DNA from: Azolla caroliniana
Lineage: Eukaryota; Plantae; Polypodiophyta
DNA: 64,000 bases
Direction of reading: 5' to 3'
Assembly (NCBI GenBank): GCA_043228905.1
Contig: JBHGNT010000017.1
Coordinates: 6,634,001 to 6,698,000 of the forward strand
Made by a program: the position numbers and the translations under genes
The notes under the pieces: generated by a model
Told to the model about the DNA's origin: nothing
The model's input: the letters and a program-made list of their open reading frames with translations, nothing else
Databases searched by the model: none
In this document: positions 48,301 through 61,587 of the stretch, one piece after another
Position numbering within the stretch: the stretch's first letter is position 1
Layout of the letters: each line of letters begins with the position of its first letter

Positions 48301-51300
48301 TTCAATGCAAGAGATCAAAAGATTGGGGGACATACCCTCTTGAATGGAGTACTAGATGGTTCTACAATGGTTGTCCAAGCTAAATGTATGCATTTAAATA
48401 ATTTTCACACAACGCATAATATCTTAACTTTTTGATGATAAAATAGATGTACAAGATAAAATTAAGTCTCAAGTGAGGACGAAAGGGATGTTGAGTGAAA
48501 TAAAAGCATTCGTACTGAAAGCACACTAATGAGAATGTTGACGCAACATTAACTTGTCCTGAAGTGTAGCATATATTAATAGCTCAACACTTTTAGCCAA
48601 CTTGATGTTGCCTCTATATTCCCATTAACTAGTATGTATACTTTTGTCACTTGGTGTCCCTTTCATCCTCACTTGTGACTTTCATCCTTACTTTTGAGTA
48701 GTAGCAATATGGTTCAAAATGAGTTTGATATGCACCAAGTTATAATAAGTTCTACGTCTCTCTTACATGCACGCACGCCCACACACACACGCACACACAT
48801 GCACAAGGATTCCATTATGTCAACCTAGTGTGTATAAATATTAGTTTTATTTGGTACATGAATATTTTAGTATGCCACACTAAATTTAGTACACAATTTT
48901 GTTGTGAATTTTCAAACTATATGTTGGTCATGGAAAGAGAGACACACTCCATACTAGTTTTTCACCATAGCATCAAAGTCATAAAATCAAGAGAACCAAG
49001 ATGAATCCTTGCCATGGGCTAGGCAAAGCTTGTCCCATAGATCACAATCACTGTCCTATTGACGTTCAAAAGATATCTATCTATCTTCAAGGTAAATTTT
49101 TAATTTTGATATAAAGGTTAAGAGTTTTCTTGCACATGTTACTTATAATGGTGATAAACCCCCCCCTCTTTCCTATAGAATAAAATGATAGTGGTCACAT
49201 ATGATGTACAAATACGGGTCCAATATAGAGTTGAGATAAGTTTGGTTCTAGATAGAGTCACTTAAAAATCTTTGTTATGCTTGCTATAATCCAATAAGGC
49301 GTGTTATGGACTGGACTTTCAATAATATATTTCTATGCAGTAACTTACATTCAATTATAACCTTCCAACTCTTTGTTTGGAGAAACTCAATTTCCATTTA
49401 TCTCAATTTTCTTGTTTTGCTAGGATTGTTCTATGTGTCTATGGTTTTAAGAATGTAGGAGTCTCATCAAAGTGAGGATTCCCCTGACAAAATAGATTCC
49501 AAACATCCATATCATATCAAATTTCACAATATAAGCCTCACAATAAGTAAGTATTGGCCTTCATACTAGTAAAACCATCAAGGATCTACTGCTTATAATG
49601 TTGTAGGTATGACCATGTACCCTATATTATATTTCCACCAAAAAATTATGCCAAATTGATCTTGACTATGGCTTTTATTTATATCCATCATGTACCTACA
49701 AATGATTATATAATTTGGTATTTGGAACCCTCCTATTGGGCCTTCATGATTTGTAACTAGCATTAAAGAATAATTGTGGCGCACCAATTTGATAGTAGCT
49801 TAGGCATATAATAAACTAGTTCATCAAGTTCCACTCTAATAATCCCTTTGGTGCATATGATAAGTGTTCCAAAACTTGTACTTACACTTGCTTATAAATA
49901 ATCTCTCAAAGTGTGGCTTGATGGTATAAACAAGGGAAGGGTGTAGATTGAATGTGCATCTCGTTTATTTCTTCATTCTAAGAATTAGCATAAAATTTCA
50001 TTGTTGTAGAACACTTAGCATACAATACACATAAAATACATATGCTAAGTATTCTACAAGCATTCTATTTTTTAAAAATACTTAGAATACATATAGAATA
50101 CTTTAAATACATTGAATACGTGTAAAATATGTTAAATACTTCTTAAAATTTATAGTATATTTTTCAAAAAAAGTAAATTTAAAATCGTTTTAAATTTTTT
50201 TTTTGAAATGTTAAATACTTGTTAAACCAGGAGAATACGTCAATTTCATAGAATATGTAGACTATGTGAAAAATTATAAAAGGGCAGTTCTAAAAGGTAG
50301 AATACGTGTAGAATACTTCAGAGTATTCTAAAACGTAGGATACTCGTTCCAAGGAAAAACAAAACAAAGCAATGGCTTCACAACTCATTAATCATCTTAT
50401 ACACTTTGTATATCACATCTAAGAACTTGATGGATTGTAATGCCTTTGACTAGCAAAGTTGTTATATGGCTTAAAAAATAAATCACATGTAAGGGCAAAG
50501 AGCCTTACCTTGTCACGCATTTCCTGAGCTTCTTGACGTAGTAGTTGCATCTATACATATAAATACATAAGGGTTGTAAGAAATATAGAACATGTAATAC
50601 GAGGGTCGTCACAACAAAAATAGTCACTAGATGCACACCTTTTTGTTTCTAATTTTTGTCAATGCTGTATCGAGTCTTGTTTCGATCTTTTGAATCTCAC
50701 TTAAACTCAATGACATCAGATTCTCACCAAGTATATGGCTAACGTAAAGTAGCAAATTGAAATTGGACAAATCAATTATGTGACTCAATATTTAAAAAAA
50801 ATGAAGGAAGTGAACCAACAAATACCTTTGTAAATTCTTTAGATAACAGATTTGTTGTGTTAGGAGAAGAACTTCATGTCTCCAATACTATGTCATCAAA
50901 GTTAAAATGGGATCTTAGAACATTAACAAAACCTATTACTTGCATTATTGGAATTCACCAAATACTTAGTAAGCTACACACACGGAGTTTGTTAATGTTA
51001 AAATTCAACGTTTTTCAATGCTCATACTCTAAAGATGTCGGAACATTGGAGTTTCATAGCGAATTTCCACTCTATCTCAATACTTTGTTTTGAAAAACTT
51101 AGGAGTTCTATATGTTTGAACTCATAATGACTTTAGATTAATTTCTTTGGATGCCAAACAACAATCAATTTTTTTTTTTTTCAAACCGCCATTTAAATCT
51201 CATCATATAGACTCCGCACTATGAAAGATCAATAACATCGATAGTGGGGTTCCAATACGAATGAATTCTTTTATTGAAATGAATTCATAAATGTCAACTT

Positions 51301-51495
51301 TATTGTGATGTTTTCAATGTTAATTTGAATGTTTATTCATCTAATGAATCTCTTAATAACATCCTTCATATGTTTGTTCATAGGCTATGACATAAGTTGT
51401 GAAACAAATAAAGGTAACTTCATGCAATTGTAAGATGCTTCCAATTTATATGTAACCAATTATGGACAAAAAATTTGGCCAATCTAATAGTCCCA

Positions 51496-51529
<34 letters not shown>

Positions 51530-54500
51530 CCAAAAAAAAAGATACTACATTAGTATTAGAAAACCGCCATAAGGCTAAACATACAAGCTATACCGATCCC
51601 CTATATTTTTCTAAAGTCTAACCATTGGCTTGAATAGTCCCAATGATTTATGATCATGGAACCAAATTAACCTTCAAAATGATGTAAAAAATGACTTGCG
51701 ACAACATACTTGTTTTGAGGGAGATAAAACAAGAGGGGAGGGTTTCCATTGGAGCGCATAAGTGCATATTAATTATTCCCTACCACTTGATGTCTCTATC
51801 AATTCGAATATGTTGATATATATGAAGTTACAACTTGGTTTTACTAGTCTACTTATCGCTATACAAAAGATACTACCTTATAAGAATATATATTATACAA
51901 GCCTCCAAACCCTAAACCCTAAATTTAATTACCATTTTTCAGATTATTTCATTTAAATTCTCCTAACTTTGAGAATATCTCCGAACACAAAAATACTATA
52001 TCTATTTCAAAGATTGATGGATGTATAGGAGAATGTTTAGAAGTCATTTTAGTCCTAATGGATGTGGAACCACAATTTAAATAGTAAGAAACACAAGCCT
52101 TAGCACAACTAGACAATTGCGTTTCAATATTCAAAATTTAAATTTCAAGAAGCTGTAATGTATAATAAGACATTAATTTGTCAGAACTTGTAAGTTTACA
52201 TGATGGTATATTTTCAAATCACCATTATTAAGTACAATGTGCATGTTTTTGAACAACAATGAGCTTAGAGTTGATTGTTAATGGCCAAAGTTGTATGTAA
52301 TTACCCTACCTAGAAATAGGAGAGTGGTTAGGGAATGGTAAAATTTTAACTCTTCCTTAATTTGTGAATATGGAGTCATAATAGTGGTAAAATACAAGAG
52401 ATAATATTGATGGATGGTGTAAAATAAAATGGGTATAATATTGATGGATGTTCCTTGTCAATGTATAATGACACATAATTCAAGAGCCATGCAAATGTAT
52501 TTCCACTTTAGGTTAATATTTCTTATGGTAGTAAGTGAATAATAGAGGAGTAGCAATTATGTGAGTGAGAAGTAGATCATAGTACACATTTACTTATTTC
52601 TTAGCACTTAGACAAAATGTAGTACTAGGAATTTTACTAATAGGAGTGTTTGTAAAACAGTACACTGACATGACCATGAAAGAATAAGTAGGTGCCCAAC
52701 GAAATTTGATCTGATTGCAAGCCTACTACTAATTATAATTGCTAGTGAGAACTCTTATTATGGTAGATTGGCCATCTTTTTATGATCTAGTGAAAAATTC
52801 AGAGACGGGGCCAAAATTCCAATATAATGTGTGTATACACTTTATATATCACCTGCATTTAAGACAATTTAAAGTTATCCTAGTTTATTTTTTGTATAGT
52901 TTTCATGTATCCTTTTGCCTAACATCAATATGTATGTGAAATAACGTGTAAACCATGCATGTAAAACCCACCCCTGACTTCCTTTCTAGTGAAAAACTAT
53001 AGGGTTGTGGTCACATATTTATGATTGTTTATATAATATTCATGTTTGGGCCATTGAATAGTAGTGACACAATCGTCCTTTATGAGGATTTTATTGCTTT
53101 GTGTTCTTAATTAATTCAAAAGAATACTTTTATAAATATATAGGGTGGTGAAACCTTATGAAAATGCAACCCAAATTATAAATTTCTGAATGCATATTCT
53201 TTTATCACATAGAGTCCAAGCTTGTGGGAAATGTCGTCGTCACACGCTTAATTATGTGCACTCGAGTCTTAATTATGTATGTATACATATATTTCTTAGC
53301 ATATAGATTATCAAAGAAGTCTATTATCATGGCCTTTACATCTATTTTTATATGTAAATTGTGATAATCCAGATCTAAATGTCTTTAAAAAATTGAGTGG
53401 CTAGACTAGTGCTCTCAAGTTGGTAATGCTCAATTCATGGAGGGTCACTAGTATTAGAGTAAATTAATCCTAATGTCTATCACACCCATATATGCTTGCT
53501 TCATGGAGGCTCTAGATAGTAAACAACAAATTTCAATTATTACATATATAATATCGAAATCTCATACCTCAACATCTTGTAGAAGAAATCGTTTCGAAGG
53601 TATTCCCATCGCGTACTCTTGATATCTCTCGATTATATTGGACATGCTAGAAATGTAAAATCATGTTTCAATGGTCACTTGGCTCATTTCTATTCATGTA
53701 ACAATGATATGTACACATTTCTATTCATGAAACAAATTACTGATAGTAATGGCACAATTAATAATGGATTGTAAAATTGCATTTAAAAACAACTCCGACT
53801 GCGGCATATTGCCAACTATCGATCAGCGATTCACAACAAGAGATCATAGAGAATTCATCTGTCTTCAAAGAGATTACAATGACAGACACGGATTGACATA
53901 TAATTATTGAGTCACAAATAGCAAGCAAATTTCTTGTAAAACGACTTCAGAATTTAAGGCACACATAGACAAGCATCACAATAACGGTAGTAGGTTAATA
54001 GCAGCACATGGTAGCAGATTTTGTGTGTGTGTGTGTGGAGGAATCAGCTCATAATGCAAATTAATGTGGTAAAATGCTCTCGAAATGGAGAATTGATGGA
54101 GAAGAAAATAATGATTGATGGAGAAGAAAATAATGATTAGATATGTACCTAGAGCTGGAGAACTCCGACAATTTGCCTGTAGCAGAGAAGATGATGACAC
54201 CGACGTCTGCGTCGCAGAGCACAGAGATCTCGTAGGCCTTCTTGAGCAAGCCATTGCGGCGCTTGGAGAACGTGACCTGCCGGCTCGTGGGGTTCTCGAT
54301 CCGACGGATGGGGATGCTCCCGCGGCTCATCGATTGCTGGCCGTTATTACTGTTGCCCAGCGACCGCCCTTGCCTTCCTGCCGCCACATAACCGCCGCCG
54401 CCGCCGCCGGCCGACGTGTCCATGTTGACGTCCTCTTCCTCCTCCTCCTCCTCCTCCTCCTGCTGCTGCTGCTGCTGCTGCTGGCTGCTCGCCGGAGAGT

Positions 54501-54633
54501 TGAGGTCGGCGATGAGCTGCACGTCCTCCTCCGGAGCTTCTGCTGCTGCAGGATTCGGCGGCGGCGGCGGAGAAGCAGGAGGAGGAGGTGCAGACGCGCG
54601 ATGGTGATGGAGATCAGACGAAGAGGCGGACAT
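44724..54633 (-). CDS. MIKCc-type MADS-box transcription factor with N-terminal extension
   Basis: Exons: 54633-54149 (extension plus MADS: [33 protein letters not shown]), 53646-53568 (I), 50887-50826 (62 nt), 50738-50639 (100 nt), 50550-50509 (42 nt), 45989-45948 (42 nt), 45227-45061 and a probable last exon 44856-44724. The 62/100/42/42 K-box exon sizes are canonical for MIKCc. An alternative stop lies at 45057-45059. Confidence 0.92.
47400..48420 (-). mobile_element. Possible heavily decayed L1-like remnant in the large MADS intron
   Basis: Coding-like but broken sequence, vaguely resembling L1 ORF1. No diagnostic motif is intact. Confidence 0.25.
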
Positions 54634-55709
54634 CTTCTTCTTCTTCTGAGAGAAGCTCTGACGGGGATAAGAGGCGGCACAGCGATGGCGGCAGGCGGTG
54701 AAGCTCTATTCTGAGAGAGAGAGAGAGAGAGTGTGTGTCGGCAGGAAATGGAGAGGATTGACGGAGAAAATGGAGCTCTTTCTCTCTTTCTACATCTAAT
54801 ACTTCTCTTCCTTCCTTTCTTTCTTTCTTTCTTTAGAGTGTAGTGTGTCTGGGGTTTTTTATTTCTTTTATCTCCACCACTTCTATTTATTAAATGCCTG
54901 TTTTTCTTTCTTAAAAAGAAATAAAAAATTAGAGACCTAGATAAACACATGATTAAAAACAAATAAATACATAAAAATAAATAAATAAGTAAGCATTTCC
55001 TTGTATTATATCTATCATTTAAAAACATATTTATTACATATGTCTTAAATGGCTGCTGTGTCCGATTTCCTGCTCTCCGTACGTCTCATAATTAGTAGAA
55101 TTTAGTTTCGCAAATTTTTTTTAAAAAAATAAAATTAAAACAAAAACAAAAAGAAGAAGAATTGAAGTCAAAAGAAAAAAAATAAACACACAGGAAAAGG
55201 AAAAAACTAAATTCAATGGATAAAGTAAAATAAATAAATAAATAGTGTTTTTGTCTTCCTTTTAAAATTATTGAGTTTGATCTATGTCTGAGTCGGCTTT
55301 AAATTTATATTATTTTTTTGTCTTCCTCGGACTCGTCGAAAAACATTCGAACGCCTTTTTCTCTTATATCTCTCTCTCTCTCTTTTTCTCCCGCGGGGAA
55401 ATGCGCCACTAAAAAGTTTAAAAAGAAAAATTGGCAAAAAAGAAGAAGAAAAGAAAGCAGACCGACGCAATAAATAAATAAACATATGTATTAAGAAATT
55501 GAGCTGGATAGCAACAGCTGGCGCGTGAGGGTTCTCGTCAATCTAACTGTTCCCTCTCTCTCTCTCTCTTTGGAGATGCTTTTACTAAACATAGAAGCCC
55601 AACGCCCAGTTTTAGTAGACCCCCCAAAAGAAGAACTAAATTTATAGCGTACAAGAGAGAGCGAGATGGGAGGCTCGAAAACCGACTGGCCGTGACGCAT
55701 CACAGTCCC

Positions 55710-55711
<2 letters not shown>

Positions 55712-55747
<36 letters not shown>
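55712..55747. promoter_or_regulatory. (GA)n tract upstream of the MADS gene (potential BPC/BBR site)
   Basis: Visible GA repeat about 1.1 kb upstream of the ATG, with further GA/TC tracts at ~54713-54730, 55370 and 55555 and a G-box CACGTG at 55955. Function is inferred only. Confidence 0.35.
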
Positions 55748-55750
<3 letters not shown>

Positions 55751-56135
55751 GGTTAGGTTGTCTTGTTTGTCCGGCCTAAATCAATGAAATGTGACGGGCG
55801 TCGGTTCCGATTGGACGCCACAGCCCGCCGTCCGATCCTCATCCCAATGCATCCTGTCCGTCCGATGATGCCTTACGGAAGTACAGCCCCCCCCCCCCAA
55901 AAAAAAAAAAAGAATGAAGAAGAAGAAGAAGCAGCGTACGCCATTCATTTCTTCCACGTGCACGGCTGGTTAACGACGAAAACGAGAGGCCCTTTTTGGC
56001 GCTCAGATCTCCAAAACAAATCATCCTCGTATCATAGTCGGGATTCCCACAATTTAACAACGACAACACCAATAATTAGTTATTCTTAACTTCAATTATT
56101 TTCTTATCCTAAAGCCTAAATGCTTTTCTCTTCGG

Positions 56136-56180
<45 letters not shown>

Positions 56181-59100
56181 CCATGTATACTTATAAACGG
56201 CGTTTTCTAGTTTTCTAGACATGCTTGCCTTCTTCCACTTACAGTCCCTCTAAAAGCGAGAGCTTAGTTGCCAAGTTTCCCGTCGAATAAAACAATTTTG
56301 GCATCTCGCGACATCGTCCAAATAATATATATTCTATTAGAGTCGTCACATTTGTTAGCATTAATGCGTTGTACTTTTGTAATGGGTGTTATTAGCCTAA
56401 TGTTTGGATATGAATGGACCTCGTCAAAATCTTGCCTTGTCTTTGCAATACTTGCATGACCATTAGTGCAAACTCAAGTACTTGTTATGAAACTGAGACA
56501 CTATTGAGAATAGTTACAAGTGTTCTCAGCTTCAAGTGACCACATCACAAACCTTATATCACCTAGTTAGGGAGTGCGCTTCTAAGTTCTGTATTAATCA
56601 AGTGTTGCGTTGCCCAAATATACAAGTATAAGAAAATTTTACTAGACTAAAATGCACAGAAAAATGTGGGCCGTCAAGAGAATTATAGCTTCGGTATTGG
56701 GCCCATATTCAAGAAGCGACCATTATAGGTAGTTTTCTTTGGACAACATCTATCTAATCTTTATTATAGGCTTCTTCATAAAGCCATATTTGTGCATAAT
56801 ATCAACCCCATCAATGTCAATGTGGGTTAGAAGAAGCCTATAGTTTTCTATAACAATGACATGCCTTAACTTTACTCTTAATGTTTTAAGAGGAAAGTTT
56901 GATATCGACTTGCAACGTGTCAGCTATTGATTGTATAAGTAGATGTAGGTTACCCATAGGTGACCGCTTTACTTTTTTTTATCACATCATATGTAGAAAT
57001 ACAATGCACTATTCGTATATGGCTTTTCCTTGTGGGCAACATTTGTCATCGAAAAGAAATAGAAGTATTCCTTTAATGGGATTTGATAGTGTTGCATACA
57101 AAACATGGATCTAGATTCTTATTGTATGTGAAGATCAACTCCGTTTTTCTATTTGATGGCAACACTCGATAAAATATTACACTGTTACTGATGAGCTTAT
57201 GTCAACATGACAAAAAGCTTTTATGTCCCATTCTCGGCCACCCATTATTAAGAATCAGGTAAATAGAAAAGAATTTCTTCAAGTATTCAAAAGTAATACT
57301 AAAGAGAAAATGGTTGGATCTACAATGACAAATAGTCTGTAGAAAGATATATTTGAGAAGTAGCATACATCTAGGGAAGTTGAATAACACTTGTGGGGAG
57401 CTTTCTCTTGTAAAAGAAACTCCTCTTGTTTCTTGGACCACCATATTTTGTTGATGTTCACGTCCCCTCCTTTTTTCATCTCGAATGTAGAAGCTTAAGG
57501 TACCACCCTTATTTACATGATTCACATATGAGACACCTAACTTCATCCTTATTATGAATATAGACGTCATCTAATTGAATCTGACCATGATATCTAAATT
57601 ATTGTACAAATTACAAGATAACATATACATAGAGGTATCTAGAAAACCATTTTATATTTTTCTTTAAAGTATCATTTCAACCAATGAAAGCTCCCTTATC
57701 CGTCGAATATTCAACAATGAGAAAACTATCTTACCTTGCTAGTCTAGTTGAGCTCATTAAATGCAATACGGTTTTCTATTCAATGGCTGGATACATGTTT
57801 CTTAATTGTTCAAGTATGACGAGGAGATATACTTTATGGTGTTTGAAAGTTTGTTTTCAAGGGAATATAATATATTTACAATATTTATCATGTTTGCCAT
57901 AAAAGATACCCTCATATATCTAAGGTTAATATCAACAATATATCACTTCTACCTTTCTGTAATATCAAAGTGTACAGTTGGTCACCATTTCTAGCCCATA
58001 AGAGAAAAATTTCCACCCGTTTTCTTATGAAGGATACTTGGTATTTAAATTATAGTTAGGATGCTTAATATTCCTTATCTAAATTCTTTCAAAATTGTCA
58101 TGCAATGAGAAATAGGAAATCAATCCCTTCGTATTTGGGATCCTAGTTTGTGTAAATCCTTAATTTAGTAACTTTAAACGTCAATTTTTAGATACCCTTG
58201 AATCATCATGTATTGTGTCATCACCACATGGTGCAGTACTCATACATGACGATGCCTTCTAAGCAACAAGATGATACACATGTTGTACTTCCACTTGATT
58301 GGTTATCATCCATGAGGTTCATGCTCAAGAGTCAAAACTATACAACCACGACCCTTATTGTGATCTCACATGCATGACAATGATTGGGTAGCAATCAAAA
58401 TCGACAATGGTTGTACGATCTTCATTGAACTTGACTTTGAACATATAATGCACAAAAACCTTGCAAGGTTAGGACCTTATCTAAAAAGAGAGTCCTCCCG
58501 GTGTTTAATTGATGATATCCCAAGATAATAGCCATAATATGTGAAAAGGCAAATGATCAAAACATAGAAATAATTCCTTTTTGATAATGGCGTAATTTAT
58601 CGATTGCATATTCCCAAAGTTGACAATGGCTGCATGATCTTCCTAGGGTTCGTGGGGTTTGTAGACTTAATTTTGGAGATATAGTTCTTGTCACCAATTG
58701 TAATTCAAGGCTCTAGCCACCTAATTTATAATATCTTTATATTATGGCCTTGCACTCATAGTGGAAATAGTCAGGTTTCCCACTAGTAAGATAGGCACTA
58801 TTAAAAAAAAGATATATAAGGCTTACTATCTCACTTGACTATAGAGGGACGTCTAATATAAATGTATTTACACTTTAGCAATTTGAGTCTACATTTAATT
58901 TTCCATATTATGAATTCCAAAATCCTTGAAGATGTTATGTCTAATGGAACTATGATCTCCGAAGGTCGGTGTTGATGATATCAATAATCATCAATATTGA
59001 CAAAAGCAATCACACAATTGACGTCGTAAGTGCTCAAATCCTATAAATAAAGTCTTACGATCCGTAATCATCACCTCAATGAAAATGAGAACATTAGGAA

Positions 59101-61521
59101 GATTATTGCACATGCACAATGTCAAAAAAGATGGTTGCGGATGTTGTTCATAAGACTATTAAATAGAACACTATATATAACCCATAAATGCATGTGTAAC
59201 CAAAAATCACGAAAAATGTCAATGCGTGTACACAATTCATGTGGGATCCTATGAAGCATGAAAGTGACAACTAGATGATAAATTGAAATCTTGAAATGGG
59301 AATTTAACATAAAATGTATCATCTAGAGGAGTTTCACAATTGTTATTTGCCATAAATAGAACATGGGACATTATCATGTTGAGCACGAGGCAGGTATGTA
59401 TTGGCATATCAAGCAATCATTAGAGAACACCTAACATATCAATAAAATAATCCATAATGAAACTTATACCATATCAATAACTTTCTAAAGGAATGAGGAC
59501 ATATACAAGGAAATAATCATATGAGGATGCAATGTCATCTAAACTATGAATAAATGATTTGGCAACTACCTCCATATCATTAAATCCTATAGGAATCATA
59601 AACGCATGTCGATTGAAATAATCATCAAGCATCGTTACTCACTACCATTGCATGTGATTTAAGAATAGTCATGAGACAACCACTACCATTATAACACTTC
59701 AACATCACAATAAATTAAAACTTGCACAAATGAATTAAAAACGTCCTAGGTAACAACTAAGGTCATTAAACAACCTCATTTATGTATATAATAAAACAAT
59801 AACTACCATAAGAAACTTGGATGCTCAAGATATTGAGAATACTAGTGAGAGAGCATTGTGACAATGGGTTAAAAAGTGACTAATGATGTAACTAGGATTT
59901 CCAAGAATATTGATGTAAATTTACTCTAATTTGGGGATACTCTTGCTCAAACAAAATGTCCTCTTAAACGGGGATTTTGTATACTTTGATGTTCATGTTT
60001 TATCAACACATAAGTCTGATTACCAACAATATAGAGGAAAGAGTAGCCATTTTGACCATGTAATCTTGAATGAAGCTAACAAACTCACAAATAAAATGTT
60101 AGTAGAAGGTGGTCGTGTGAGGTTAAGTACGGTAAAGGTACATGATCACTTTTACACTCTATGACTCAATGCCTACAAATGAAGATGGCTAACAAAGTCT
60201 AGCCTTGATGTACCAACTTTGAATGCTTGAGGTTTTTGTACAATATCATTGCTACTAAGATGTATAGAGACAAGCATTGAGCAACGCTGAACTAGTTGGT
60301 GATGGGCCATGTAGCATGCTATCATTTATGGGCCTCAAATAATCTAATGTGGGTTGTGAATAGTGTTATACAAGTTGTGGCTAGTCATTGTTGGAAATAG
60401 AAAATAGAAAATCTATGAAATAGAAGGTAAAGTAGGAATAGGGTGGGTCTGCATAAAAGCGCATTCTTGTTCAAAATGTCTTACTAGGTAAAATTATAGG
60501 TGTTTGCATGTACTACATTGTTGTCATAAGATATTTTAGAGTAGTATAATTGATTTCTAGAGTATCTAGCAAATTAGTTTGTTTGCTTATAATGTCAATA
60601 TTTGTTTTAGAAGGGCATGGAATTCACCATGATTGAACTGCCATATTAATTTCTAATATTTTAGTCTATGAGATTATATACACTAGTTGAGGCATATTGG
60701 CATTGCTAGGATTGTCATCTCATGTTGCACATTATAACCTTTAACTAATCTCTCCATTCTATCTTAGAATATTGTGAGGCTTACTCAAATGACCAATCGA
60801 GATGACTTTTCTCATGTCTCATGGGGCTTTGGGACTGGTCAACATGACCAATTTTGCTTTATCCTTTTTTTTTTAAAACTTAACTTTTACAATTTTTTGC
60901 GTTTGCATTTCTCAATCTAGGAACAAATCGTTTGGTCGCATAGGCCACATGAGTCTCTTTAGAAACATTAATTCACTTCTTCTTCTCACGTTTTGAATCC
61001 TATTGTGACATAGTTTCCATGCACAAATACTTGTCTAGAGTCAATATTTTCTCCAACTGAGGTGTAGGTATGCATAAAAACTTAATCCATGCATAGGTAG
61101 GTTGATGGGTATCTCTAATGTCACCAATTGGTCATGAATGATATTCATGGATACAAGAATATACATGCCTTGATGGGTGCCTACTGTAAACTCATGCACG
61201 CCAATTAGAATTAGGTATGTAAGGATATATAAGGCTTGGTGCATGCATAATACTCTTAGTGTTTTACCTTTAGTGACCCCAAACTTGCAAGTCGCTAGAA
61301 TTGGATGCCACTCACTAGTTGCATAGACTAGAGGCCTGGATACATAGTGTGATGCTTAATATATAATTTTGAGGAATGGTTGTGTTAAAAATATAAGTGG
61401 ATTATTAGAAATACTAGGGCCAATGTTGGATTTCTTTTTTTGGAGAGGGTTGCCATATTTCGCCATTCTCATATCCCAAACATGGAAAACGCATATAAAG
61501 AAAACAAAACAAAGTTAGAGA

Positions 61522-61523
<2 letters not shown>

Positions 61524-61585
<62 letters not shown>
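61524..61585. repeat. (GA)n microsatellite
   Basis: About 30 GA units, directly visible. Confidence 0.9.

Positions 61586-61587
<2 letters not shown>

Noticed and set aside
54115-54714. 199-aa antisense ORF over MADS exon 1
   Set aside because: It is a shadow frame of a GC-rich triplet-repeat exon.
54327-55028. 233-aa alternate-frame ORF whose stop overlaps the MADS-domain ATG (ATGA)
   Set aside because: It is low-complexity, and its first two ATGs lie upstream of the likely TATA-like site near 54890, so they are probably not transcribed.
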